64,000 nucleotides of DNA from the human T2T-CHM13v2.0 reference genome, Homo sapiens. The notes under the pieces were generated by a model. The model was given only the letters and a program-made list of their open reading frames with translations, was not told the origin of the DNA and ran no database searches. How positions within the stretch are numbered: position 1 is the stretch's first letter; each line of letters opens with the position of its first letter. The DNA lies in the NCBI RefSeq assembly GCF_009914755.1, contig NC_060929.1, one strand, 5' to 3'. This document shows, one piece after another, positions 46,791 through 60,196 of the stretch. The translations under genes and the position numbers were made by a program.

Positions 46791-46954
46791 GGGATAGAAT
46801 TATGAGCTTACATTTGACTAAATCAAAATGAAAATACTTATATATCAAAAATTTATTGTAGGTAAAGTCAAAGGGCAAGATTGGGAGATAATATGTACAA
46901 CACATTTAGCAGATAAATAATTTGTTTCTAGATATATAAAGAATTTTACATGTA

Positions 46955-47128
46955 GCTCACGGATGAGTAGAATCAATATTGTGAAAATGACCATACTGCC
47001 AAAAACAATCAACAAATTTAATGCAGTTCCCATCAAAATACCACCATCATTCTTCACAGAACTAGAAAAAACAATTCTAAAATTTATATAGAAACAAAAG
47101 AGAGCCCATATAGCCAAAGCAAGACTAA
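46955..47128 (+). mobile_element. L1PB-like ORF2 internal fragment
   Basis: Translates [12 protein letters not shown]...[13 protein letters not shown]; ends AAAGCAAGACTAAG. Confidence 0.85.
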
Positions 47129-47449
47129 GGCCTTTATTTCATTCCTTTGTGTGTTTAGGTGTGTTGCTGTGCTGACTAGAAATTACAGCATAATGTTAGA
47201 GAAATTGTACTAGCAATTAAAATGTCAATTTATGTGAATTTGAAAAAATGCATAAAAATCCTACATGTAAACAAGAAAAAAATACAACTCAAAGAAAAAT
47301 AAGCAAAAGCTCTGGACAGGAAATACAGAGAAGAGTCACATATGGTCAATACATATATAAAAAGATATTTAGCTTCATTAATGATCAGAGAACTAAAGAA
47401 ACAATACAATTTTACATTTGTCAGATTGGTAACAATCTAAAAACTTTTT

Positions 47450-50400
47450 TCATTGTCAATTTTGTACAATTGTAAAAAACACGTAACACACAATTTACTA
47501 TCTTAAACATTTTGAAGTGTGCAGTTTAGTACTTTAAGTATGTTTTCGTTATTGTGAGCAAATACCCACAACGTTTTCGTCTTGCAGATCTGAAACTCTA
47601 TACCCATTAAACAAAACCTTCGCTTTACACGCCCCCTGCCCCCGCAATCTGTCCGTGGTAACCGCCATTCTGTTTTCTGTTTCTATGAATTTGACTACTT
47701 TAGATTCCTGATATAAAAGGAATCATGCAATATTTGTCCTTTTGTGCTGGCTTATTTCAGTTATCATAATGCCTTCAAGTTTCATCCATTTGTAGCATGT
47801 AACAGGATAGCCTTCTTTGGAAGACTGAATAATATCCTAATATATATATTATATAACATAATATATTATATAACATATAACATAATATATTATATAACAT
47901 ATAACATAATATATTATATAACATATAACATAATATATTATATAACATATAACATAATATATTATATAACATATAACATAATATATTATATAACATATAA
48001 CATAATATATTATATAACATATAATATAATATATTATATAACATATAATATAATATATAACATAATATATTATATGACATATAATATATTATATAACATA
48101 ATATATTATATGACATATAATATATTATATAACATAATATATAACATATAATATATTATACAACATATAATATATTATATAACATAATATATTATATAAC
48201 AAATATACTATATTATATAACATAATATATTATATAACAAATATACTATATTATATAACATAATATATTATATAACAAATATACTATATTATATAACATA
48301 ATATATTATATAACAAATATACTATATTATATAACATAATATATTATATAACAAATATACTATATTATATAACATAATATATTATATAACATAATATAAT
48401 ATATTATATAACATAATATATTATATAACATAATATAATATATTATATAACATAATATATTATATAACATAATATATAACATAACATAATATACTATATA
48501 ACATAATATATAACATAATATATTATATAACATAATATATTATATAACATAATATATTATATAACAATATATTATATAACATAATATATTATATAACAAT
48601 ATATTATATAACATAGAATATAATATATTATATAACAGAATATAATATATTATATAACATAGAATATATTATATTATATAACATAGAATACATTATATAA
48701 CAATATATTATATAACATAGAATATATTATATAAGAGAATATATTATATAACATAGAATATATTATATAACAGAATATATTATATAACAGAATATATTAT
48801 ATAACATAGAATATATTATATAACATATAATATATTATATAACAGAATACATTATATAACATAGAATATATTATATAACATAGAATATATAACAGAATAT
48901 ATTATATAACAGAATATATTATGTAACATAGAATATATTATATAACATAGAATATATTATATAACATAGAATATTATATGACATGTATGTATTCTCATAT
49001 ATAACATATATGTATGTAGCTCTCTATTGTATTTGTATATGTATACACATACACGTATGTGTGTGTTTGTGTGTATACATATACACATATGTATATGTGT
49101 ATGTGTGTATATATATTGATAATGTATATAATATATTATATTATATGTTATATATTATATTATGTTATATATTATATTATATGTTATGCAATATATTATA
49201 TTATTTATATAATATAATTATAATATAATTATAATACATAACATATATAATATAATATATAACATATAATATATTATATTACATAACATATATAATATAT
49301 TACATAACATATAATATATTACACAACATATAATATATTATATTACACAACATATAATATATTATATTACACAACATATAACATATTATATTATATAACA
49401 TATAATATATTATATTATATAACATATATATATAACATATAATATATTATATTATATAACATATAATATATTATATTATATAACATATAATATATTATAT
49501 TATATAACATAATATATTATATTATATAACATATAATATATATATTATATGTTATATATATTATATATATATATAACATATAATATATATTATATATATA
49601 TATATATATAATAAATCCAGGTAAATATTTCCTGGATATTTACCCAGAAATAGAATTGCTGGATCATGTGGTAGTTCTACTATTACGAACACCTCTATGC
49701 ACACAAACTATAAATTAAATTTTTTAAGGACTTTCCATATTGTTCTCCATACTGGTTGCGCCTTTTTGCAACCCCATTAATAGTGCACAAGGGTTCTAAT
49801 TTACTCCATGTTCTTGTAAACAATTGTTATTTTTTGATTTTTTTATACTAAGCATCTTAAAGAGTGTGAGGTAATATCTCATTATGGTTTTGATTTACAT
49901 TTCTCTGATGGTTTGTGATGTTAAGAATCACTTTAGTCTTTAATGGTCATTTGTATATCTTCTTTAGAGAAATGTCTAAGTCTTGTGCTTATTTTTTAAT
50001 CAGGTTATTTGATTTTTTTGTTGTTGAGTTGTAGAAGTTCTTTATATATTCTGGATACTAACCCTTATCAAGTATATAGTTTGTAAATATTTTTTTCCAT
50101 TTCATAGGTTGCTTTTTAACCTACTGATTATGTCTTTTGATGCACAAAAGTTGTTAAATGATATTATTTCATTAGTTTATTTTTGCTTTTGTTGCCTGTG
50201 TTTTGGTGTCATAGCCAATAAATCACTGCCAACCAAGTCCAATGCCATGTAGTTTTTTCTCTATGTTTTCTTTTAGTAGTTTTATAGTTGTAGGTCTTAT
50301 GTTTAGGTCTTTAATCCATTAAGAATTAATATTTTTATGTGGTATAAAATAAAGTTCAACTTTATTATTTTTTAATGTTGATATAAGTTTTTGCGGTACC

Positions 50401-51350
50401 ATTTATTAAAGAGAATGTCCTTTCCCCATCGTCGAGTAGTTTTGGCACTCTTGTTGAAGACCCTTGGACCATATACATGATGATTTATTTCTGCGCTCTC
50501 TATTGCATTTCACTGGTCTATTTTTCTGCCTTTATACCGGTACCACACTGCTCTGATTACTGTAGCATTGGAATATATTTTGAAATCAAGAAGTGTGGGT
50601 CATATAACTTTGGGTTTTATTTTTTCAAAATTATTGTCTATTTGGGGTCCCTTAAGCTTCCATCTGAATTTCAGGACAAATTTTTCTATTTCTGAAAAAA
50701 AAGGCCACTGGATATTGATAGGAAATGTGCTGGATATGTAGATTGCTTTAGATAGTATGGACATTTTAATATTAAGTCTTTCAATCCATGAACGTGGGAT
50801 GTCTTTCCATTTATTTGTGACTTCTTCAATTTCTTTCACCAGTGTTTTATGGTTTTCAGTGTACAGATTTTCCACCTATTTGGTTAAGTTTATTCCCAGG
50901 CATTTTATTATTTTGACACCGTTGTAAATAGGATTTTTCAAAATTTCCTTTTTAGTTTGGTCATTATTTGTGTATAAATATTACTGATTTTTGTATGTTG
51001 ATTTTGTATGCTGAAACTTTACTGAATTATTTATTATATCAAATGTGTGTGTTTAATCCTTGGGTTTTTTTTTTTTTTTACTCATAGGATCATGTCACCT
51101 GCAAACAGAGAAAATTTTACTTCTTCTGTTCCAATTTGGGTGTCTTTAATTTCTTTTTCTTGCCTAATTGCTCTGGCTAAGACTTCCAATGCTATGTTGA
51201 ATAGGAGTGGTGGCAGTGGGCACCCTTGTCTTGTCCTCATTTTAAAGAAAAACTGTCAGTCTTTTACCATTGAGTATAATGTTAGCTGTGAGCTTTTCAT
51301 AAATGACCTTTATTATGTTGGGTTAGTGTCCTTTTATTCCTTGTTTGTTA
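47450..51350 (-). mobile_element. L1MB-type element interrupted by AT-rich array; inserted in an older plus-strand L1ME-like fragment
   Basis: 3' UTR at 47450-47838 homologous to 5180-5545; resumes about 49630; degenerate ORF2 (NKWKDIPRSWI) at 50600-50875. Confidence 0.85.
47839..49613. repeat. AT-rich composite minisatellite (~1.8 kb)
   Basis: About 8 copies of a 24-bp unit, 5 exact 38-bp units (48171-48360), 17-19-bp AGAA-containing units, (TA/TG)n, and a second 24-bp array. Confidence 0.95.
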
Positions 51351-51614
51351 AAGATGTTAAATAATGTCATATGATGTCAAAGATGAGGTGAGATTCATTT
51401 TTGAAAAGCCTTTCTGGAGAGCAGTTTTGTAGCATCTATTGAAACTGAAAATGTGTATACTTTGTGCCCCAGAAGTTTAACTTGTTGGCATCTACTCTAG
51501 TACACACTAGCACTAATGTGCAAGGAAATAAACATGAAAGGTTCATTGAATTATTGTTGTAATAGCAGAAATATTGGCAGCCACAGCAATGGCCATCTGT
51601 TTCATTTTATTTTT

Positions 51615-54600
51615 TAAGTTTAAAAAATAATTTCAACTTTTATTTTAGATTTGGAGGTACATGTGTAGATTTGTTACTTGGGTACGTTGTGTGATGCTGA
51701 GGTTTGGAGTATGATTGATCTTGTCACCCAGGTCCTGAGCATAGTAGTTTTTTAACATTTGCCCCCCTCCTTCCTCCTTCTAGTAGTCCTCAGTGTCTGT
51801 TGTTGCCATCTTTATGTCCATGAGTACCCATCCTTTGGCTCCCACTTATAAGTGAGTAATTTGGTTTTCTGCCTTAATTTGCTTAGGATAATCGCCTCCA
51901 GCTGCATGCATGTTGCTGCAAAGGACATGATTTCATTCTTTTTTACAGCTGCATAGTATTCCATGGTGTATATATACCACACTAAAAAAAAATCCAAACC
52001 ACCATTAATGGGTACCTAGGCTGATTCCATGTCTTTGCTACTGTGAATAGTGCTACAATGAACATACAAGTTCATGTGCCCATTTGGTAGAAAGATTTAT
52101 TTTTCTTGGGGTACATACCCAGTAATGGATTTGTTGGGTCAAGTGGTAGTTGTGCTTTAACTTCTTTGAAATCTTGAAACTGCTGTCCACAGAAGCTGAA
52201 CTAATTTACATTTCCACCAATAGTGTAAAGTGTTCCTTTTTTTTCCTGCTGCCTCACCAGCATCTGCTGTTTTTTGTATTTTTAATAATAGCCATTCTGA
52301 CTGGTGTGAGATGGTATCTCATTGTGGCTATTTGATTTACATTCCTTTGATGATTAATGATGTTGAGTATTTTTTCATATGTTTGTTGGTCATTTGTGGT
52401 TTTTTTTGAGAAGTGTCTGTTCATGTCTTTTGCCCATTTTTAATGGTTTTTTTTTTGCTTGTTCAATTATTTGAGTTCCTTATAGATTCTGGATATTAGA
52501 CTTTTGTGGGGCATAGTTTACAAATATTTTCTCCCATTTTGTAGGTTGTCTGTGTACTCTGTGAATAGTTTCTTTTGCTGTGCAGGAAGTCTTTAGTTTA
52601 AATAGGTCCCATCTGTCAATTCTTGTTTTTCTTGCTTTTTTTTTTGAGTGCTTAGTCATAAAGTATTTCCCAAGGCTGATGTTCAGAATGATGTTTCTTA
52701 GGTTTTCTTCTAGGATTCTTATAGTTTGAGGTCTTGCATTTAAATCTTTAAGCCACCTTGAGTTAATTTTTGTAGGTGCCCACTTTTATTCTTCTGCATA
52801 TGAATAGCCAGCTATCCCAGCACCATTTATTGAATAGGGAGTCCTTTCCCCATTGTGTACTTTCACTGACTTTATCAAAGATCAGATGACTGTAGATGTG
52901 TGGCTTTATTTTTGGGTTCTCTATCCTGTTCCATTCATCTATATATCTGTTTTTGTACCAATATCATGCTGTTTTGGTTACTGTAGCCTCAGCGTATAGT
53001 TTGAAGCTGTGTAACGTGAGGCCCCCAGCTTTGTTCTTTTTGCTTAGGATTGCTTTGGCTATTTGGGCTCTTTTATGGTTCTATATAAATTTTGAAATAG
53101 TTTTTTCTAGTTCTGTGAAAAATGATGTTTGTAAGTTGATAGGAATACTGTTGAATCTGTAGATCACTTTGGGCAGTAGGGCCATTTTAACAATATTAAT
53201 TCTTCCAATCCATCAGCATAGAATATTTTTCCATTTGTTTGTGTCATCTCTGATTTCTTTCAGCTGTTTTTTGTAGTTCTTCTTGTAGAGATCTTTCATC
53301 TCCTTAGTTAGAGGTATTCCTAGGTGTTTCATTTGTGTGTGTGTGTGTGTGTGTATGTGTGTAGCTATTGTAAATGGGATTGTGTTCTTAATTTGGCTCT
53401 CAGCTTGAATGTTATTGGTGAATAGAAACAATAATAATTTTTTATACATTGATTTTGTATCCTAAAACTTTACTGAAGTTATTGAATAGTTCCAGACTCC
53501 ATGGAGTCTTTAGGGGTTTCCAGGTACAGAATCTTATTGGCAGCAAAGAGAGATAATTTGACTTCTTCTTTTCCTATTTAGATGGCTTTTATTTCTCTCC
53601 CTTGCTTGATGGCTGTGGCAAGGATTTCAAGTACTATATTAATAGGAATGATGAGAGTTGGTATACTCATCTTGTTCCAGTTCTCAAGGGGGAATGCTTC
53701 CAGCTTTTGCCTGTTCACTATGATATTTACTGTGGGTTTGTCATAGATGGTTCTTATTATTTTGAGGTATATTCCTTCAATGTCTAGTTTTTTTGAGGGC
53801 TTTTATTATGCAGAGATGTTGGGTTTTATCAAAAGTTTTTTCCATGTTTAGTGAGATGATCTTATGTTTTTTTTTTAATTCTGTTTATGTGGCAAATCAC
53901 ATTTATTGATTTGCACATGTTAAAAGAACCTTGCATCCCAGGAATGAAGCCTACTTCAACATGGTGAATTAACTTTTTGATATGATGCTGGATTCAGTTC
54001 ACTTTTATTTTGTTAAGGATTTTCACATCTCTATTCATCAGGGATATTAGCCTGTAGTTTTCTTTTTTCATTGTGCTTTGCCAGGTTTTGGTATCAGGGT
54101 GTTGCTGTCTTTGTAGAATAAGTTAGGGAGGAGTCTTTTCTCCTTGATTATTTGGAATAGTTTTAGTAGGACTGGAACCAGCTGTTTTTTGTACATCTGG
54201 CAGAATTCAGCTGTGAATCCATCTGGTCTGGGCTGGGTTTTTTGTTGTTGTTGTTGCTGGTAGGTTTTTTTAATAACTGATTCAATTTTGGAACTCGATA
54301 TTGGTTTGTTTAGGGTTTTAATTTATTCCTGATTTGATCTTGAGAGTTTGCATGTTTCCAGGAAGTTATCCATTTTTTCTAGATTTTATAGTTTGTGTGC
54401 ATAGAGGTGTTCGTAATAGTCTCTGAGGATCTTTTGTTATTTCTGTGGGATCAGTTGTAACTTCACCTTTGTCATTCTGATTGTGCTTATTTTGATCTTC
54501 TCTCTTTTTCTTAGTTAATCTAGCTAGTGGTTTATAGATCTTTCTTTGTGTGGATTTTTGGGTGTCAATTTCACTCAGTTCTTCTCTGATTTTAGTTATT

Positions 54601-55410
54601 CCTTTGTGTCTGCTAGCTTTGGTGTTAGTTTGTTCTTGTTTTCTAGTTTGTCTAGGTGTAATGTGAGATTGTTAATATGAGATCTTTCTTTCTGAAGTAG
54701 GTGTTTAGCACCATAAACTTTCCTCTTAGGTCTGCCTCTGTTTTCTGTCTGAGATTTTGGTATATTGTGTTTCTGTTTTCATTTATTTCAAACAATTTTT
54801 TGATTTCTACCTTAATTTCACTGTTTACCCAAAAGTCATTCAGGAGCAAGTTGCCTAATTTCCATGTAATTGTGTGGTTTTCAGAGAACTTCACGTTGGT
54901 TTCTGTTTTTATTCCACTGTGGTCTGACAGTATGGTTGGTATGATTTCAACTTTTTTGAATTTATTGAGACTTGCTTTATGGTTGAGCACATGGTAAATC
55001 TTGGAGTATGTTCTGTGTGCATATGAGAAGAATGAATATTCTATGGGTTGTGGGTGGAGTGTTCTGTTAGGTCCAATTGGTCAAGTGTTGAATTTAAGTT
55101 TATAATGTTTTTGTTAGTTTTCTGCCTTGATGATCTGTCTAACGCTGTCTGTGGGATGTTGAAGTTCCTCACTATTATTGTGTATCTGTCTAAGTCTTTT
55201 CATAGGTCTAGAAGCACTTGTTTTATGAATCTTGATGCTCCAATATTGGGTGCATATATATTTAGGATAGTTATGTCTTCTTGTTAAATTGAACCCTATA
55301 TCATTATGTAATGCCTTTCATTGTCCTTTTTTACTGTTGTTGCTTTAACATCTGTTTTATCTGATATAAGAACAGTGACACCTGCTCTTTTTTGTATTCT
55401 GTTTGCATAA
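51615..55410 (-). mobile_element. L1PA15/16-like, 5'-truncated, ~3.8 kb, degenerate
   Basis: AACTTTTATTTTAGATT...GTGATGCTGAGGTTTGG 3' end; fragmentary ORF2 translations (SDHSGIK, LLNDFWV, ISDKTDVK). Confidence 0.9.
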
Positions 55411-55788
55411 TACCTACTATGAAATATTGTAAGGCTCTTTAAAAGGCAGGAGGCCACTCTCTTTGTTCTAACATACATAGAGCTCTAAGACATTTGTCTG
55501 AGTGAAAAAGTTACACTGCTCAAAACCAATGTACATAGTGACAAAATTCACATGTAGGTATAGCTGAGCCTCAGCTTCAACCAAGGTAGCCCATATTATC
55601 CATGCATTTTTCCCCATCTAACTCTCTTAATAGTTGTGTGGGGTAAAAAATATTATCCTTACTTATTTACAATGAGAAACTGAGCTGAGAGAGGTTAAGT
55701 AGCTTAAGTTTACACAACTAGTCAGAGATGACAACTTCAGTTTCACTGCAAAGCCTATACCCCTAACCATTATGATATGTTGACTTTA

Positions 55789-56246
<458 letters not shown>

Positions 56247-56396
56247 TTAACATATTTTTTTCATTGCCTTGTTAAAAATGTGACTCTTTCTAGGTTAAAT
56301 AATATTTGGGCATTGGGAGCCAACTTAGCACAGTTTTATTTTGGCATTGATATGTGAGATAAGCAGAGGTTAGAATTTTCCTGAAAGATGCAATTA

Positions 56397-56592
56397 CAGT
56401 AAGTCTTCACTTAATATCATCCATAGGTTCTTGCCAAACTGTGACTTTAAGTGAAACAACTTAGAACAAACCAATTTCATTTTTCTCTTCTACATGGAAT
56501 AAAACAAGCTTATTTGAGGATCCTTTTTAGGTCATTTACTTGAAGTTGCAGTTTCCAAGAGCCTATGAATGAGGTTAAATGTGGACTTACTG
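56397..56592. mobile_element. MER82-like Tigger MITE, internally deleted
   Basis: TA|CAGTAAGTC...GACTTACTG|TA with long imperfect inverted arms. Confidence 0.8.
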
Positions 56593-59500
56593 TAGATGTA
56601 GAAGAGAACAGAGCCTGAGGACCAGCATTTGGAATCTGAATCCTTCCCAAAGTAGGGCAATTCTGTTTCTTATTGGTATTAAAATCTCCCTAAGAGATGT
56701 GGAGAATATTGAAATAAAAAGCAATTTTGAAAATACTGTATATGCCCCAGAGAAAAGAAATGCATTGGATGCCAATAGCTGAAGGTAGAAGAGAGTGGTA
56801 GAAGCATATTTTATTGAATGATTAAAGAGTTTGACTCATACTATAGGATAATTTATTGACGATACTGATAGAGGAATCGATCACAAAATGTGATATTAAT
56901 AATCTTTCTTTGTATTTTTAAAATTTACTGATCTGGAATTTTGAAATGTAAAAGAATGGACAGATGTAAAAAACTAATTTCTTTGTGATTTCTGTTAACC
57001 ATTCACTTAGACTTCCAAATGGAACAAAAATGTAAACATACTATTGAACATTTGTGAAGTTCTTACATCTCTTTACCGATCTGCATAAACTTTTCAGAAA
57101 AGAAAACTACAATTTCTGTTTTGCCCATGAGAAAATATATTAGACCAACTAAAACAAAATATTACATAGTGATTCATAAATATTGAAGAAAAATTTCTAA
57201 TCTTAGGAATTACAGAAATGATAATTGGGGGGTATAATCCAGTTAATACATTTGATTAATATATAATTACTGAATAGTAATATTAATTTAGAGACATTCC
57301 CTAGGAATAATATAGAAATTTATGTTAGTGTTCTTGTGATTTCCCTACTTTTCTCTCATTCATATAAATCTAAATTTTGAATTTTAAGGATGAATAATCA
57401 TAACACATATGTTTCTGGTATTCACCCATTTCATTTAGTCATTTATTCACTCATTCATTTAATCCACACCCAAGAGACTAATCCAGCACAGATAATGTGC
57501 CAGGCACTGTTCTAGATGTTGAGGATACAGTGGCAAAAAGGTAGAAGAGGACTCTGACCTCACCTAGCTCAGAGTTGATGACACTGGACAATTAAATCAT
57601 AATGAGCAAAGGTTGTGATGGGACCAGTCTGTGAAACATACAAGTGTGTCATAGAGCTTATTAGAAATACTTGTGAAGAAGACTTAACTTTTGAAATCAC
57701 ACAGGAAGAGGGTTTATACTGTTGCTGGTCATTTATAGGGCGGCCATTTCTCCTGAAGCTAGAACTTGGAAACATCCATAATATTTATATTAGAAGGAAA
57801 ATTAATCATTTCCCCTAATTCAGGTTGTCTTTTATTTTAAAGGAAGAGAGTTGAGATGGCTGCAGACTTGTGCCATGCTGGCCCAAACTTGTGACACTAA
57901 CCCAAAATCGAAGAATTTAACATGCTGAAATTAAAATATCCCTGCCCAACACCAAGACTAAAATATCCCTGCCCAATATATGAATTGTTACGTGTGTTTA
58001 ACACCAGTCAATTGGCATTTAAAAATGAGTTATAAAGGAATCTGGAAAATCCTGTTAAAATTTAACTATCAGTTATGTATCTTTTTTTAAAAAGCTTGTG
58101 ACTTTACAATTATATTTAACTTGGAGCAAATAGACTCCTTACTTTCTCATCTTAAAAGAAGATAAATGTCTTAACTCTTTTGTGACCAAGTGCAGTGACA
58201 AAATACCACATAAATAACTACTGGCTGTCAAAAAAATCAAGTTATACCAATTGCAAAATACTGATAAATAGAAATTGGGTAATGATGAAGGGTTCATTGA
58301 TTTAATCCTCCAAACTAATTTTGCATAAAATTTAGAACTTCTTTAAATTCAAAATTGGGGAAGAAAACATTAAGACATGGAAAACCATGCAAAGATAAAG
58401 ATTGTTATACCCTTTCCTTTAAACATGATTATTCTTTTTTATACATGTGTTGGAAATAAATCAGTGTTGTATCTAGGCAGAAGAAAGTAAGACATTGCAG
58501 TATTTATGTTCTTCATGTTTTTATCCTCCTATAATAGTCACATTAATCCAAATTTAAAAGATGCCAATAGCTGGGCTTAAGAGACATCATCACACTGAAA
58601 AGGTGGACTCTGTTGTAACCACTTATTAAAAACAAACCAAGCCAAACTTGTGGTTTAAAAATTGAGAACAGATGATGCTTAATAAGCATGAAATGCTTTT
58701 GGTGTTGCAAACGAGAACCAGGTGTGGAGATAAGCAGCTTGGAGCTGAGCACGGCCACCTACAAGCAGGACTCATCCTCCTCCCAGGGGGTGATGGTTGG
58801 TCATCAACTATGTAGCTCATTAACTACACAGCTCGGCCACCGTGTTGTCTTCCTGGGGTGAGATGTACAACCGCAAAGGAAAATAAAACACTGAAAAGTA
58901 GAGAATGTGAAGGCTGTCTTTCAAAAAATACATATGTGTTCTGAAATCAAACTACCTAAGAGAAGACAGCGAGGAAATGTATGAATTGCTCAATGGCAAA
59001 GCAATTAATAGAACTTCTGGACAAGTGGCTGCTTCTCCCTTATCCAATACCTAACTGCTTTGTCATGACAGAAGTCAAATTATCAGCAAGGTGATTCTGA
59101 CTTTTACCTTAATAAACCTCCTTGGTGAATCCTGGGGGGAAACTGGGTGACCTCAGGCAAGTAAGTTCATCTCTATGGGTCTCAGTTTTCTCATTTATAA
59201 AATGCTGGAGTGGAAACTTATTATGTAAGGTCACTCTCAGCAATAGGACTCTATGGCATTATCTCCGAAATGTGTATATGCAGGGAAACAATTAAAATAT
59301 TTTTCTATTTCACTCAGATGTTCAGCTTTAGCCAGCAAAACATTCTACATTACTGGCTCTGACTTCAAAGGAGCAAGATAAACAAATATGTTGCCCAAGA
59401 AAAAAACCAGTCCTGCTCCTTTCCCCTCTATTCATATAAACTCATTAAAGAAGAGTTCTCTGAGCATGACTATTTCCCAGTTGTTCCACAATGGGTCAAT

Positions 59501-59599
59501 ATTAAATTGTCTACACCTGGTTGAGAAACAGTAGAAGGTAGACAGTCTGTGGAGACATGGACTCTGCTCTCAAGGGGCGACAATGCCATGGCCTAGTTG

Positions 59600-59782
59600 T
59601 TGCCAGTTTTCACCAGATGCCAGAGTCATCAGAAGGGCTTATTCAAACATAGATAACTGGGAACCACCTTTAGAGTTTCTAATTCATTGAGTCTGGGGTG
59701 GGGACCAGGGATTTGCATTTCTAACAAGTTCCCAGGTGATGCTGATGCTGCTGGTCCAGGACTCTCACTTTAAGAATCATTG
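59600..59782. mobile_element. MER5A
   Basis: ATTTGCATTTCTAACAAGTTCCCAGGTGATGCTGATGCTGCTGGTCC. Confidence 0.85.
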
Positions 59783-60074
59783 CACACTGAATCTAAAGAA
59801 TCCAGTAATCCAGGTGAACAAACATGACATCGTTATCTCAGCATCATCATCATCATTATTATTTTTTTGTGGCTTAGAACATAGTATTCTGTCAGGCACA
59901 ATGGAATACGAACAACTTCAAATATGGAGATATCTTTTAAACTATATCCCTACTGTTTTTCTGCATTTGAATAGGACTAAAGGCATTCTGAAGAGGAGCC
60001 TATTGACAAGTGATAGTGTTGACATTAAAGATGTATCAGCTGCCACCACCAACTCTGTTCTCAGAATGGACTAC

Positions 60075-60196
60075 ACAAGTGGTGGGGCTCCTTGACTACA
60101 ATCATTAAGAATTTCAAGACAGTAACAATAGAGCATCAAACCAAACATAGGGCCCTGTGTGACTATCTAGGTCACATGTCCCTTAAACTGACCTGA
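60075..60196 (-). mobile_element. MER45A fragment
   Basis: ATTAAGAATTTCAAGACAGTAACAATAGAGCATCAAACC...GGGCCCTGTGTGACT. Confidence 0.7.

Noticed and set aside
47744-48151. 135-aa repetitive ORF (NIIYYITY)n, or a CRISPR-like array
   Set aside because: Translation of a 24-bp minisatellite; no unique spacers; eukaryotic context.
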